Origin: Camelus dromedarius | Taxonomy: Eukaryota | DNA length: 64,000 nucleotides | Assembly (NCBI RefSeq): GCF_036321535.1 | Contig: NC_087436.1 | Location: forward strand, 53,756,001 to 53,820,000 | Direction: 5' to 3' | Part shown: positions 1 to 12,249 of the stretch, piece after piece | How the letters are laid out: the number at the start of each line of letters is the position of its first letter | How positions within the stretch are numbered: position 1 is the first letter of the stretch | Position numbers and translations under genes: made by a program | Notes under the pieces: generated by a model | The model's database searches: none | What the model saw: the letters and a program-made list of their open reading frames with translations, nothing else | Told to the model about the DNA's origin: nothing

Positions 1-87
1 TTGTATAATTAAATCAACCAGTCAGTGCTGGTGGTTTAGAGGACTGTATGTAAAGAGGGACGGTCAGTGCGTCACTTTATTCTTAGA

Positions 88-351
88 CAGTACTGCTCAA
101 ACCCTTTTGGCCATGACCCACAATAAGGCCTACACTGTACATGGTGACTCAGTAGACACATACATAAGTATATAACTGAAACAAGCGTTCTGTGAGGTAA
201 TAATCCTCACCGTGTACTCTGGTATTTTCTATTCTATTCTTTTCTATTCTGTCCTATTCTGTTTGTTCCATTCCATTTTTAAAATGCTAGACCCACTAAA
301 TTGTTCACATGACCTACGAGCAGGTCACAAACTGCAGTTGGAAAAACACTG
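88..351 (-). mobile_element. hAT-Charlie MITE, MER102-like
   Basis: Ends cagtactgctcaaac ... gttggaaaaacactg resemble Charlie TIRs; internal ttctattctattct...acccactaaattg matches recalled MER102 consensus. Confidence 0.6.
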
Positions 352-624
352 CTCAAGGGCACCGTAGCTTTGCACTCACAGTTCCTCAACTGATTTGCTT
401 CCTTTCATGTCATAAATCAATGGACATATAATTTGTTGCCTGCTATAACCGTGGAATTGGTTTCCTATCCAGCCTTTCCCCCCCATCAAACCTTTTTCCT
501 CCAGCCAAGACTGTAATAATGTAGGATATATTGTTTTGTACACATTGGAAACATTTCTAAATCCTTTGGTACTTCATTCTAAAAAGAAACCTGTAAAACT
601 GTAAAATGTACAAAAGTGGGTCCT

Positions 625-1010
625 GGCTCAGGATGCTTTAGGTTGTAAGTAACAGAAATGCTGCCTTAAGCTGTCTTAAATAATGCACCAATAAAATATC
701 TCATAATCAGGAGGTTCAGCGCTAGGCTTGGTTGACTCAGTGGCTTCTTGGTGTCACCCAGGATGCTGGTTCTTTCTGCCTCTCAGCTCTGCCAGTCTCC
801 GGGTTGGCCTCATCCTCAGGCTGGTATCAAAAGGGTGCAGAAGTTCTAGGTAGCATATCCAGGCACAGCCAATCCAGAGAGAAAAGAGACTCTCTTCCTG
901 TGGCTTTTTAATGGAGACACTCCCAACAGATGTCTTGCCATATCCCATTGACCATAACAAGGGTCACATGTCTTTTCCCAAGTCAATAACTGGCAAGAAG
1001 GATATGATTA
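625..1010 (-). mobile_element. Old MaLR LTR remnant (MLT1-like)
   Basis: tcaggatgctttaggttgtaagtaacagaaa... and ccattgaccataacaagggtcacatg motifs typical of old MLT1; boundaries approximate. Confidence 0.5.
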
Positions 1011-1049
1011 CCCTTAAACAAATCAATTTACAGAGAAAAAAGACACCTG

Positions 1050-1400
1050 TACAACTAAGTCAAAATCCCTGAAGTTATCTTGGATTCCTGCCCTTTTCTC
1101 ATCTCCATATTTAATTTGTCACCAAATTGTGCTGATTCTTCCTCTGAATGATTCCAGTATCAGGCCACTCCCCACCGGCTCCTTTGCTTTCACCCTGTCC
1201 AAGTCGCCATCATCTCTTGCCTGGATATTGCCATAACCTTCAAACTGGTTTCCTTTCTTCCTCTCTTCACCCCCTCAGGTCTCTTCTCAACACAGAGTAA
1301 CCTTGTAAGTACAGCAAGTCAGGTCATGTCACTTCTCTGGTTAAAGCTCTCTCATTGCTCCTCAGCTCAGTAAGCATGACCTAGAGGCTTTATACCAAGA
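1050..1400 (+). mobile_element. LINE-2 remnant
   Basis: caccatcatctcttgcctgga-like and tcaggtcatgtcacttctctgg L2 3' motifs. Confidence 0.55.
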
Positions 1401-2199
1401 GCCGGACCTGGAGGAATGTATGAAACAGATGTGAAAGGTAGGGATATACAGAAGCCAATTGAATATGTAGCAGAGTAAATGGTGATAAGTGATGTGGATA
1501 AAAATAGACAAGTCCCTGCCATCACACAGTTTATATTTTAACATACTTGAAGGACCTGGTACAGAGTAAGTCCCTGATATGTGATAGCTCTGTTAGTTAC
1601 CCTTTCTTTCAAAAGTGACGAGTACCTAATTCATACCAAGTTAAGCAGATCAGGAGAAATGCAAAAGCAGGTCCAGCTCCAAGCACAGCGAGATTCAGAG
1701 GCTCAAACATCATGTGGAGCCTGTCTCTCTCCACCATCCCCGCATGCTTTTCACCACCTTGGCTTCGTTCTCAGATACACTGTCACCAAATGGGGGCAAT
1801 GATGGACCACGGCTCCAACCAACATCCTACTGTCCCAGCAACCTGGTGGGAAGAGAATCTATTACAGAGTTCTAGCCACATTTCAAGCCACACTTTGGAA
1901 AAACACAGCTCCAAATAACTGATTAACCTTTTCTGTAAATTGAGGGCATTAATAATAATACCTATTTCACAGATCACTGTAAAGAAAATTTGCTTAATGT
2001 CTCTAAAGACAACTTGTATAGGATTTAGCCAAAAGTACACACTTAATATTGACTCATTGTTAATTTGTTTTCAGATGTGAGTGAGTTGATCATAATTTCT
2101 GCTTTAGGGAGCTGTCAGAAATCAGCAACTTTTTATCAATGTTTAAAATGAATACTTTGTCATGTATCATCCTGCCCTGTGGCTGTTTTAGGTTTCTTC

Positions 2200-2420
2200 C
2201 TTTGTACTGCAAAGTCTTCCCTGTGAAATAAGGTAGATAAGAGATGAATTTGGTATCTGAAAAACCTGGGTTCAAGTCCTGTTCTGCCACTTAAAACTTG
2301 TGGGAGCTTGTGCAGCTGTTTACCTTCCATGAGACTCAGTTTGCTTATTTGTAAAGTGGGGCTAGTGATGCCTGCCTCACTGGGGTTGCCGGAAGGATGA
2401 CATGAGATGATATTTATTAT
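2200..2420 (+). mobile_element. MIR SINE
   Basis: cctggggttcaagtcctgttctgccactt...gactcagtttgcttatttgtaaagtgggg MIR core. Confidence 0.65.
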
Positions 2421-3437
2421 TTCCTAGCACCATGGCGGGATCAATATACAGTAGCTTGAAGCTAAGAGCCTAGGATGGTGTCCCCCACACAGTGACTGTT
2501 CAGTAAATGCATACTTAGAATTAGATGCACATTCTGGACCCTCGTGTCTGGTGAACATGCCTGGACTCTTGGCGCAGCGCTGCTTCCCCAGATATTTCTG
2601 CAGACTCATTCTTAAGAATGTCCTTGGACACAAGTTGTAAACAGTCAAGTTTTCAAGACACTTCTTTGGTTTAATAACTATTCCCAAAATGCGATTTTAC
2701 TCTAGTTTTTCACAAACTAAGTTTGATCCCACATCAGTAATTGTCCTCCTCTGTCATTTCTCTCATAGTCTGCTCTTCATTTTCTTTTTTCTCAAGTAAA
2801 CTAAGAGGCTATTTCTCAAGGGGCCCCGGGGTAGAGAGGGGCGAGGGGCAAGTGTACTTGTGCTCTCCCTCCTCCTGACCTTTTGGTTTAGGCGAAGTCA
2901 TGAGCGGGTGGCTTTGAAGAGGGGAAGAAAGTGATAAGATGACGTTTAAGGACAGCATGTAACTCGTGTGTGGACTGTGTGAGGAAGGGCTGGTGTCACC
3001 AAGTAGAAAAGCAGCAGACATTCTGGCACCAACTGGTGATGTCGTCATCACCTCCTCCATTCACCAGGTTTCTCTTTTTGTCTGTTTTGTTTTGTTTTAT
3101 TCAAAAAACTTTTTGAGCCTGTATTATATACCAGGCTATGTACTAGATGTGGGCAACACAGAAGCACAAGGCACTGCCTCTGCCCTGAAGAAACTTAGCG
3201 TTCTCGGAGAGAGTTGACAGGTGGGTATGGGCGGAAGGGGATTCTCTGGGAGAAAGACCTGGAGGGCGCTGCTGGGCATGGGGGCCAGTGAACCCGGCTC
3301 TGAGGTCCATGGACTGCAGGAAGGGGAGTATGAGAGAACAGGTTAGACAGCAGGGTGGCACCAAATCACGTGTCAAGGAGTTGAGGCCTCCATAGTGCAG
3401 ATCCTACCACACGGGTCTCAAAAATCATCGATTGCCC

Positions 3438-3827
3438 CACGGAGCCGCCAGGGCTGTCGCCTTGATGAAGCTGCGCAGAAGACAAGCAGGGGCTGCCGCA
3501 GCTCTTCGAGGGCAGCCAGTTTGCCGTCTGCTGGGGCTTCATTCCTCTCGTGATTTACTTGGGGTGTAGGAGGACACTTTGAGCTTCTTTGGTTGTGAAG
3601 GACAATTTGATCATCTGGATTCGGAAGCGATCATTGAACAGGAGCAACGTGGAAGGTGTGCGCTCTGACTAGGATGAGAAACAGCCCATCGTTCAAGTGC
3701 CCACCACCTGGATGGTGCAGGCATCTTGCTTTATAGACGCATCTGTGAAGGAGCAGAACCTCTACTGACTTATTTACGGTAGAGTCTCCAAGGCAAATGT
3801 TTTTAACAACGAAAAACGAAATAAAAA
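3438..3827 (+). pseudogene. TOMM7: Processed pseudogene of TOMM7 (mitochondrial outer membrane translocase subunit 7)
   Basis: Frame from 3484 reads KQGLPQLFEGSQFAVCWGFIPLVIYLGCRR versus TOMM7 KQRLQQLFKGSQFAIRWGFIPLVIYLGFKR. Start codon mutated (gtcgccTTG at 3462), 2-nt frameshift near 3477-3483, ~30-nt deletion before the C-terminus. Intronless, with TOMM7-like 3'UTR (gacgcatctgt...aaatgtttttaaca) and an A-rich tail at 3808-3827. Confidence 0.9.
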
Positions 3828-4535
3828 CCCATCCACCCAGCCTCCCTGTCTTCAGGGTAATAAGAAATTGTCTCCATTTGACTAATGAAAGCAACGAAGT
3901 TCAGAGACAAATGACTTTCCCAAAGTCACACTTGCTTCCTTGGGTCTTCTTTGGGAGCGTGAAGCGTCCCTCAAAGCCACATCTTTAATATGGCTTTGTT
4001 CTAAGAGAAAGGGTCCCTCTGAGTTACAATGGGATTTTTATAACCAAGTTGACCAGTACATTTCATAAATAGTGACAACTACAAGTATTTTCATATTTCT
4101 TTTAATCTATTTGCACTCAGCTCAAGGAATAATAATCTGAATAGAGACACTATTTAGATTTCATTCATTCATAAACACCCATTACATAGAAAGCTCAGGG
4201 CTGGGATTCTTCAGTAAAGAATAAACAGTACATGCTTTCTCTTCTTGTATGCACGCTAATATAATCCTAAAATGAGTTCTGTACTCCATCAAGGTAATAA
4301 AAACTATCCATTTTGACATTGAGCTGTCCATTATCCAATACAAAGCAAGTATTTTTTAAATTAAGACGATTTTTTTAAAGTAATTTTAAGTTCACAGGAA
4401 AATTAAGGATAATGTACAGAGATTATCCCATATATTCCTTGCCCCTGCACACGCACAGCTTCTTTGGTTATAAACATCCCCCACCAAAATGGTGCATGTG
4501 CTGCAAGTGGTGAACCTACAGTGATACATCACTAT

Positions 4536-5032
4536 TGTTGCTGCCAGAAAAACAGGTTCACCTCTTGGTGGGTGTGGAGCCAAAAGACACAATCAAGCCG
4601 AATATCAGGAGAAGGAAGGATTTCTTACTTGCAGCAAGTAAGGAGAACACCATGGATCTTTCTCAAAGCAGTGTTTCCAAGAACAGCAAAACTGGAGAAG
4701 TTTTAAGCTGAGGGTACATGTGTATTCATGAAGATACCTGGGCATAGACCAGAGCGTAAGCTTTAGTTGATGGTTGACCACTTCAGGCTAATCTTCACCA
4801 CTGAAACAGAACTGAGAGTCTTTACAGCTGATATGTTCTTTGATATTGTTACTTCATTTGTCTGATAAGTCATTTGTTTCTGCATTCTTTTGTCCATGAG
4901 ACCTGTTTAAGGACAAGCATTGTGACCAGGCTTAGATCACAAAATGGCTTAGGCCAAAAATGGTCTCTTTTCTGTCAAGAAAGGCATGCCTGGCTCTCTT
5001 TCTCAGGGGACCTCATTCCTTCTCTGCTTACA
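4536..5032 (-). mobile_element. Solo LTR, ERV1 class
   Basis: TG...CA termini (tgttgctg...gcttaca), 4-bp TSD ctat/ttat, interrupts the L1M; orientation inferred. Confidence 0.7.
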
Positions 5033-5274
5033 TTATCACGCAGAAGTCCAGAGTTGACATTAGGCTTCACTCTTGGTGCTGTGCATTCTGCGGGTTTGGA
5101 CGTATCCATCATTATGGTATCACAGAGGGTATTTTCACTGCCCTGAAACTCCTCTGTGCCTCGCCTATTTGTCCCTCCCTACTCTCAACTCCTGGCAATC
5201 AAAGATCTTTTTGCTGTTTTGATAGTTTTGCCTTTTCCAGAATGTCATATTGTTGGAATGATATAGTTTGTAGT

Positions 5275-6840
5275 TGTGATATTGTGATTTATAACGAGAA
5301 ATAGCTATTTGGTTTTCATCTGCTATTCCTGGCACAGAGCTCCTAAAGCCCTTGGAATTTGCTAAGTGATAAGAGCCACAAAGGTGTCTTTTGTTATGTT
5401 AATGAGGTACCCCTTGGACTGCACCTAAGGCTGATTGCCAGGAGAACCAACCATGTGATTAGAGGGTTGGAGCTTTTATTTTTTTGGTCTTCTTTTTTTT
5501 TTAATTGAAGTATAGTCAGTTTACAATATTGTGTCAGTTTCTGGTGTACAGCATAATGTTTCAGTTGTACATATACATACATATATTCTTTTTCATATTC
5601 TTTTTCATTATTGGTTACAAGATATTGAATATAGTTCCCTGTGCTATACAGTATAAGTTTGTTTATCTGTTTTGTATATAGTAGTTAGTATCTGCAAATC
5701 TCGAACTCCCAATTCATCCCTCCCCTGACCCCGGTAACCATAAGTTTGTTTTCTACATCTGTGAATGTCTTTCTGTTTTGTAAATAAGTTCATTTGTACC
5801 TTTTTTTTTTAGATACCACATATAAGTGACAGCATATGGTATTTTCTTTCTCTTTCTGGCTTCACTTAGAATGTCAATATCTAGGTCCATCCATGTTGTA
5901 GCAAATGGCATTATTTTATTCTTTTTTATGGTTGAGTAGTATTCCATTGTGTGTGTGTATGTGTGTGTGTGTATATATATATATACACACCACAACTTTA
6001 TCTAGTCATCTGTTGATGGACATTTAGGTTTTTTTTCATATCTTGGCTATTGTAAAGAGTGCTGCTATGAATATTGGGGTGCATGTATCTTTTCAAATTA
6101 GAGTTCCCTCCAGATATATGCCCAAGAGTGGGACTGCTGGGTCATATGGTAAGCCTATTTTTAGTTTTTTGAGGAATCTCCATACTGTTTTCCATAATGG
6201 CTGTACCAAACTACATTCCCATGAAAGCTGTAGGAGGGTTCCCTTTTGAGGTTTGGAGATTTTAGTCCCACCATGACCTCCAGGGAGGGGAGAGGGGCTG
6301 AAGATCGTATTCATTCATCAGTGGTCAATGATATAAACATTCATGCCTATATAATGAAACCTCCATAAGAAATCTCTGAAGTACTAAGAGCTTCTGGGTT
6401 GGTGAACATGTGGAGAGGCTGGGAAGGTGGTTAGAGAGGGCATGGAAGCTCCTCGCCCCTTCCCCTATAGCTTGTCCTATGTATCTCTTCCATCTGGATG
6501 CTCCTGAGTTATATCCTTTCATAATAAACCAATAATCTAGTAAGTAAACTATTTCTCTGAGTTCTGTGAGCCAGTTGCTCTAGCAAATTAATCAAACCCA
6601 AGAAGGGGGTGATTGGAACCTTCAGTCTACAGGTGACAACCTGGACCTGCGACAGGCATCTCAAGCAGTGAGGGGACAGCCTTGTAGGACCAGTCCTTAA
6701 CCTGTGGAATCTGATGCTGTCTCTAGGTAGTATCAGAATTGAGTTGAATTATGGGATACCCAGTTGGTGTCTGGAGAATTGCTTGTTGGTGTGGGGAACA
6801 TCCACTTACCCGCACGTTTGAATTGGCACCAGAACCTGGA
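5275..6840 (+). mobile_element. MER21-like ERVL LTR, interrupted by a younger L1
   Basis: Starts tgtgatattgtgatttataa...cctggcacagagctcctaaa (MER21 5' end); AATAAA near 6523; 5-bp TSD gtagt/gtagc. Confidence 0.8.
5479..6247 (-). mobile_element. 5'-truncated lineage-specific L1 (3'UTR plus ORF2 C-terminus)
   Basis: Poly-T tail; ORF fragments [36 protein letters not shown] and MEYYSTIKKNKIMPFATTWMDL; 17-bp TSD gagggttggagctttta (5462-5478) / gaggtttggagatttta (6248-6264). Confidence 0.92.
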
Positions 6841-7006
6841 GTAGCTTTTTCGGATTGGCTTCTTTCCCTTAGTAATATGGATTTAAGATTCCTCCATGTC
6901 TTTTCATGGCTTGATAGTTCATTCCTTATTAGCTCTGATAATATTCCACTGGCTAGATGTACCACAGTATATTTATCCATCCACCTACTGAAGAACATCT
7001 TGGTTC

Positions 7007-8344
7007 CATTAGTGGATAGAGAGACCCGTAAATTAGGAGGCCCAATACTCAGCCATAAAAACTGATAACATAATGCCATTTGCAGCAACATGGATGCTCC
7101 TGGAGAATGTCATTCTAAGTGAAGTAAGCCAGAAAGAGAAAGAAAAATACCATATGAGATCGCTCATATGTGGAATCTAAAAAACAAAAACAAAAACAAA
7201 CAAACAAACAAAAACAAAGCGTAAATAAAGGACAGAAATAGACTCACAGGCAGAGAATACAGACTTGTGGTTACCAGGGGGGTGGAGGGTGGGAAGGGAT
7301 AGACTGGGATTTCAAAATTGTAGAATAGACTACACTGTATAGCACAGGGAAATATACACAAAATGTTATGATAACTCACAGAGAAAAAAATGTGACAATG
7401 AGTGTGTATATGTCCATGAATAACTGAAAAATTGTGCTGAACACTGGAATTTGACACAACATTGTAAAATGATTATAAATCAATAAAAAATGTTAAAAAA
7501 AAAAATTAGGAGGCCCAAAATGTGGGTCTTTACCACTGTCTGTGAAAGAATTCACAGCAGAGAAAGAGGGACAAAGTGGATGGCTGCTTTATTTCTCAAA
7601 AGAGGAAAAGGACTCGAGTAAAGTCACAGCTCCAGCAGTGGCTTGGGCCATGTGGACATTTATAGGAGGCTCCCACCATCAGCATCTTCCTTTCAGGTGT
7701 GAGCCAATCACCTTGTCTTCTGTCCTTGTATGGATTTTTCCAGTTGTTGTCATGGCAATTGTCAATTGTCATGGAGCTGGCAGGTATGTCATTTAGCATG
7801 TTTATACATTACAATGAGCTTATAATAAGTCTCAGGGTCCACTGGAAGTAAAATCTTTCACCATCTTGGTCTCAGTTGATTCTAACTAGTTCTTGTTTCT
7901 TCTCTTTGTGGTTGCCTCCTGGGACTTAGATGAGAGTAATTGGTTTCTCTTTGAGGAAGGGGCAGGAGTATAATCCTGGGGGCAACAGCCTTGGTAACAA
8001 AGAGGAAAGTTGCTTTTAATCAGAATGCTGGCAATCTGGTAGACCCAGTTTTCCCCAAAAAACCATCTTGGAAGATTCTGCTTAGCCATAAACAAGAGGG
8101 TGGGGGTGGGAGTGGGGCTTGAGGAGGAACCAGGACCCTGCCCCAAGGCTGCACTATTGTTTCTTGACAACTTCTCCCTTGTTTCTGCATTCTCCCTTCC
8201 CAGATTAGCAGCTATTTGAATCTGCTAATTGGAACTCACAGAAGTTCAAAGGGGCTGAATGAAGCCTATTCCCTACAAATCAGAAACAGGAAACATGGAA
8301 AGATTTGTACCAGGGAGGACCCCACAAGGTCCTGCGTGGTATGA
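7007..8344 (-). mobile_element. Solo ERV1-class LTR (~865 bp without the nested L1)
   Basis: TTTATT and tttatagg (polyA signal and TATA on the - strand); 8120-8335 is homologous to 16808-17017; approximate 4-bp TSD gttc/gttg. Confidence 0.7.
7046..7502 (+). mobile_element. Young 5'-truncated L1 3' end
   Basis: gccatttgcagcaacatggatg...aataaaaaatgttaaaaaa poly-A; perfect 16-bp TSD aaattaggaggcccaa (7030-7045 / 7503-7518). Confidence 0.93.
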
Positions 8345-8664
8345 GTTGCTTCCAAGTTTTGGCAATTATGAATAAAGCTGCTATAAATACCTGTGTGCAG
8401 GTTTTTGTGTGGACATAAATTTTCAGCTCCTTTGGGTAAAAAGTAAGGAGCACAATTGCTGTATCGTGTGGTAAGAGTATGTTTAGTTTTGTAAGAAACC
8501 ACCAAACTGTCTTCCAAAGTGACTGTACCTTTTGCATTCCCACTAGCAATGATTGAGAGTTCCTGTTGCTCCACATCCTCAACCAGCATTTGTTGTCAGG
8601 ATTTGCACATTCTAATAGGTGTGCAAAGCAAGTTTTTTTGTTTTTTTTTTTTTTAATTGAAGTA

Positions 8665-8800
8665 TGTGAAGGGAAAGCCGGGCTGGGCTAACAAGATCAC
8701 TCACAAGTCTAGGAATGTGAAGGAAAAGCTGGGCTGGTCTAACAAGATAACTCATAGGTCTAGGCATGTGAAGGAGAGGCTGGGCTGGGCTAACAAGTCT
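8665..8800 (+). repeat. Tandem repeat, 51-bp unit, ~2.6 copies
   Basis: Units start at 8665, 8716 and 8767: tgtgaagg..a.gc.gggctgg.ctaacaag. Confidence 0.92.
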
Positions 8801-9168
8801 AAGTTTTGGAATACTGATCTGAGTTCTGCTGGACTAACTTGTAAATCTAGGTTAATTAGTGTTGGTTTGCTGTTCATGTTTTTTTGCTAGCCAGCTGGAT
8901 TTTCAAAGAGATATATCTGCCTTTGGAATGTTGGTTTGCTGCCTCCCTGCCTCCACTTTTGTGATAATGATGCTGCTAAAGCTGTTCCATGCCTATTGGC
9001 CGAATACCCCAAGCTTGTACTTTACCCTATAAAACCTCATGCGCTCGTCTTGGAGGTGCTCAGAGCTTCGGAGCAGAAGCCCCTCTGAGCCCGCCGGCGT
9101 AATACATCTGAGTGCTCCAACCCTCCGAGTGGTGCTTGTTTCTTGGCTGGCCTGTCGTTTCCGTAACA
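8665..9168 (+). mobile_element. Young solo ERV1 LTR with tandem 51-bp U3 repeats
   Basis: TG...CA ends, gtat duplication, TATAAAA at 9028-9034, AATACA at 9101, many intact CpGs. Confidence 0.85.
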
Positions 9169-12100
9169 GTATTGTTGATTTACAATGTTGTGTTAGCAAA
9201 GCAAGTTTTAATATAAGGAAATCCAAATTTTATATAAATATATATATCTCCAATGGTTTAAGGGCAAAAAGATAAACTTAGGAATCTGACTGGTAAGGAT
9301 CCTTGCTCCATCACTTCCTAGCCACGTGGCCTTGGGCAGATTATTTAACTTCTTCATTTCCTCTTTTACAAATGGGTCATGGTAATAGAAGTCTCATAGC
9401 ATTTTGAGGATATTGTGTGAAACATATGTAAAGCACTCAGCAGCGTCCAGTCACACAGCAAGCACTTAATGAGCACCCGTCTTCATCTCCCCTCCGGAAA
9501 ACACGCGGTCATCTCTCTTCATTATGACAGCCCTTCTCTGTTATCTCCTCACTTACTGAGTCACTTACCAACATGACTAGACTTGAGCTTCTGAGTTTTC
9601 AGGATATATATTTAATTCATTTCACAGAATAATGGTGAACTTAATCTAAGCTACTGCCTTTCACTTCACTAATTGCTACGCAGCACATAGGAATCCAGTA
9701 TTTGATGCTCATTTCACTAAAATGTTCTTTTGAATGAATTAATAATCAAATTCTCTAATTCTGAGAAGCTTCTAGATTATTAAGAACCCACCAAGTAATA
9801 ACATATTATTGTCCTAACAGTTTATAATTCCTGCTTAGATCACCTATCCTGGAACACATTAGAACTCAGATTTTTAGGTTTCTGTTTTTAAATGTGATAT
9901 CCTTCAAAGGGAGATTATTAAGTTTTTTCACATTATGAACATTACTACTAAATGAGTTATGCCCACCTGCAGAATGCTTTCTTACAAGAGCTGCAAGAGG
10001 CCTACCGGAAACGATCAGAGACCTTCCAGAATCATAACAAACCATTGGAACAAGCATCGTTGGTGACATAGAAAAGGGGAGCAAAGGAGGAAACAGAACT
10101 TGGAGATTTGGTTCAAACCCCAGCCAGAGGAATTAGGAAACTGGAAACCTGATAGTACAAGCAAGATTTGCCTTTGTTTATTTCTCAAATAAAAGTAAAG
10201 GAAACCATGAACAGTGGGAAAATTCCTTCCACCTTCCCAAAGGAAGATAGAAGGGGCCTAGGAGGGCTGTCACAAGATTCATAAATAAGAAACTGAAACC
10301 CAGCCAGCTGTACGGCCAGCAAAATGTGAGCTCCTTCCAAACGTTGCTAATGATGGGCACATTGAGCTAGGACAACTTAATTTCAATTCCAGAACAAACA
10401 CATCAAATGCTTGTTTGTTTTTTTTTAATCCTGCTTTTCTGTTACTGCCATAAATGATGGAAATAGTATATTCTCTTCTCTGGGAAGAATAACAGGAGTG
10501 ACTGTGGTTTGTTTTTTAACTCTTCTGTTTGGTTGATTCGCTTGACCAGGGAGAAATCTGCCAAACGTATAACATGCGAGCAAGTCCGCCTGCAGCTTGG
10601 GGCTGTGAGTTCCTTGAGGGTAAGGACCGTTCTGGCACTGCTTCCATGTCCTTCAGAGTCTCTAGCCTGGGGACATGGGAGCAGTGCCCTTAGAACCTGG
10701 AATTTGAAAGAGAATTAGGGAGGGGTTCCTAGAGGCCTGGGACCATCCTTACCCCACAGATCACAGAGACTTTTTTCCACCAAATGAAGGAGGCAAATTA
10801 ACATGTGGAGTAGAGGAAAGCCCCTCCCTCATTTGTACACCTCACAAGCAAATTGCAGGAAGGAGGTGGTAACTGATACTTCACAGAAATCCTTTCCTGA
10901 ATGTTGGCACCCTAGGTATGATGACATCCTCTATGCATTAGACGTTTAGAACGATTTTCACTGACTTTTATGCCTTGGTCCACTATGTGGCTGGGTGTGA
11001 TCCTGGGCCCACCATGGTGGCAGATTGATACCCTCTTTTCCTCACCCCTCAAAAGATCCATCTTTTGGGCTCTTTCTTCTCCCTTTACCCCAACTCTTCT
11101 TTTTCTTCCTCCTTTCCCTTCTCCTCTTGCTCATTCATCAAATTCAGCATTGCCATTCACTATTTTTCACTTAAGATGCATCTTCATCATTGTACTCTCA
11201 TAATCCAATTGGACTTTAGAGGGGTCTCAACAGATCAACAGATCAATGACAGTCAAAGCAACTGTGAGAAATTAGTCATTTAATATGGTTATATAACCAC
11301 CTCTGGTGGCAAAAAGAATAAGTTGTGCAATACTACTACTAGTTAGCATTTTTTGAAAACCTAGTAGGTGCCAAAGAGACAATGTAGTAAGTGTCTGTCT
11401 GTATTATTTTTTTCCAGTCCTCACACCATGTGATCAATTAGCTACAATTATTCCTATGTCACAAATGGAAAAACTATGGCTTAGTAAAAAAGGTGAAGCC
11501 CAAGGTTATGCGGCCAGTAAGTGATGGGGCCAGGTTTGAATCCTAGAATTTTAATTCTCTGACTTAGACTCCTAATTACTGTGCTATGTGCTGCATTACT
11601 TCCTTGGGTGGCAGGGGGTTGGGGAGAAGGGTACCATTCTTGGTTTTTTCCCTCAAAGTTTCAGTGTTTTGTGTTCAAAAGTCTTGTCACATCAATTTTT
11701 TTAGGTACTGTCTTGTGAAACTTCTAGGAGTCTGAAAAGTTGTCTCAAAGTCCTTTAATTATGAAAAAAATCCTTGTTTGAGGATGCAATTCTGTGAATC
11801 TTTTCAACAATTTTTTTGACTTAGCTATCTTATTTTATTTAACCCAACATCTATAATTTAATACTCCTCTTCAGCTTCTTCTTAATGTTCCATAAACTGT
11901 GATGATTGTGAAGACAGAAACAGGAAGAAAACTCAGGATCTTAAAATTGTTTTCTTTGTCACATGAGATGAATCAGACTTGCAAAGTCCACAGCACAAAA
12001 GCTCCTGATAATTCTAGTTCTGTGGAAGCTCTGCACACCACCCTCTTTTTTAAAACAAAACTTCCTTTAGATGTTTGTTCTATTTGTGACAGATTTTCCA

Positions 12101-12249
12101 AGTTTAGACTAATGTTCTCATTCCTTACTGATGTGTGAGTAGAAACTCCATTAAGTCCTAAAAACCATGACAGTCCCATATCTATCACTGGGAGACCTTC
12201 GGGAATTAACTTAATTCTTTGAGCCCGAATGCTTTTATTTTAAAATGAA

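Larger units (their letters stand above)
4345..8625 (-). mobile_element. Old L1M (L1MC-like) 3' end split into four pieces (about 4345-4535, 5033-5274, 6841-7006, 8345-8625)
   Basis: L1M 3'UTR text runs on seamlessly across each insertion, e.g. gaacatcttggtt|...|gttgcttccaagttttggcaattatgaataaagctgc; ORFs 8266..8589 and 8280..8582 resemble the L1 ORF2 C-terminus. Confidence 0.8.
8638..9195 (-). mobile_element. Very short L1 3' tail (~60 bp) hosting a solo LTR
   Basis: poly-T + aattgaagtat|...|tgttgatttacaatgttgtgtta; 14-bp TSD gcaaagcaagtttt (8623-8636 / 9196-9209). Confidence 0.8.

Noticed and set aside
8665..8800. CRISPR-like regularly spaced repeats
   Set aside because: Whole 51-bp units are similar with no unique spacers; eukaryotic LTR U3 duplication with no cas genes
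9968..10071. Short protein-like frame (NAFLQELQEAYRKRSETF...) after ctgcag
   Set aside because: No polypyrimidine tract, no recognised homolog and no partner exons
11296..11311. CTCF-like motif (gccaccagaggtgg on the - strand)
   Set aside because: Mismatches in the conserved GGC part of the core; cannot be supported without a PWM score or ChIP data
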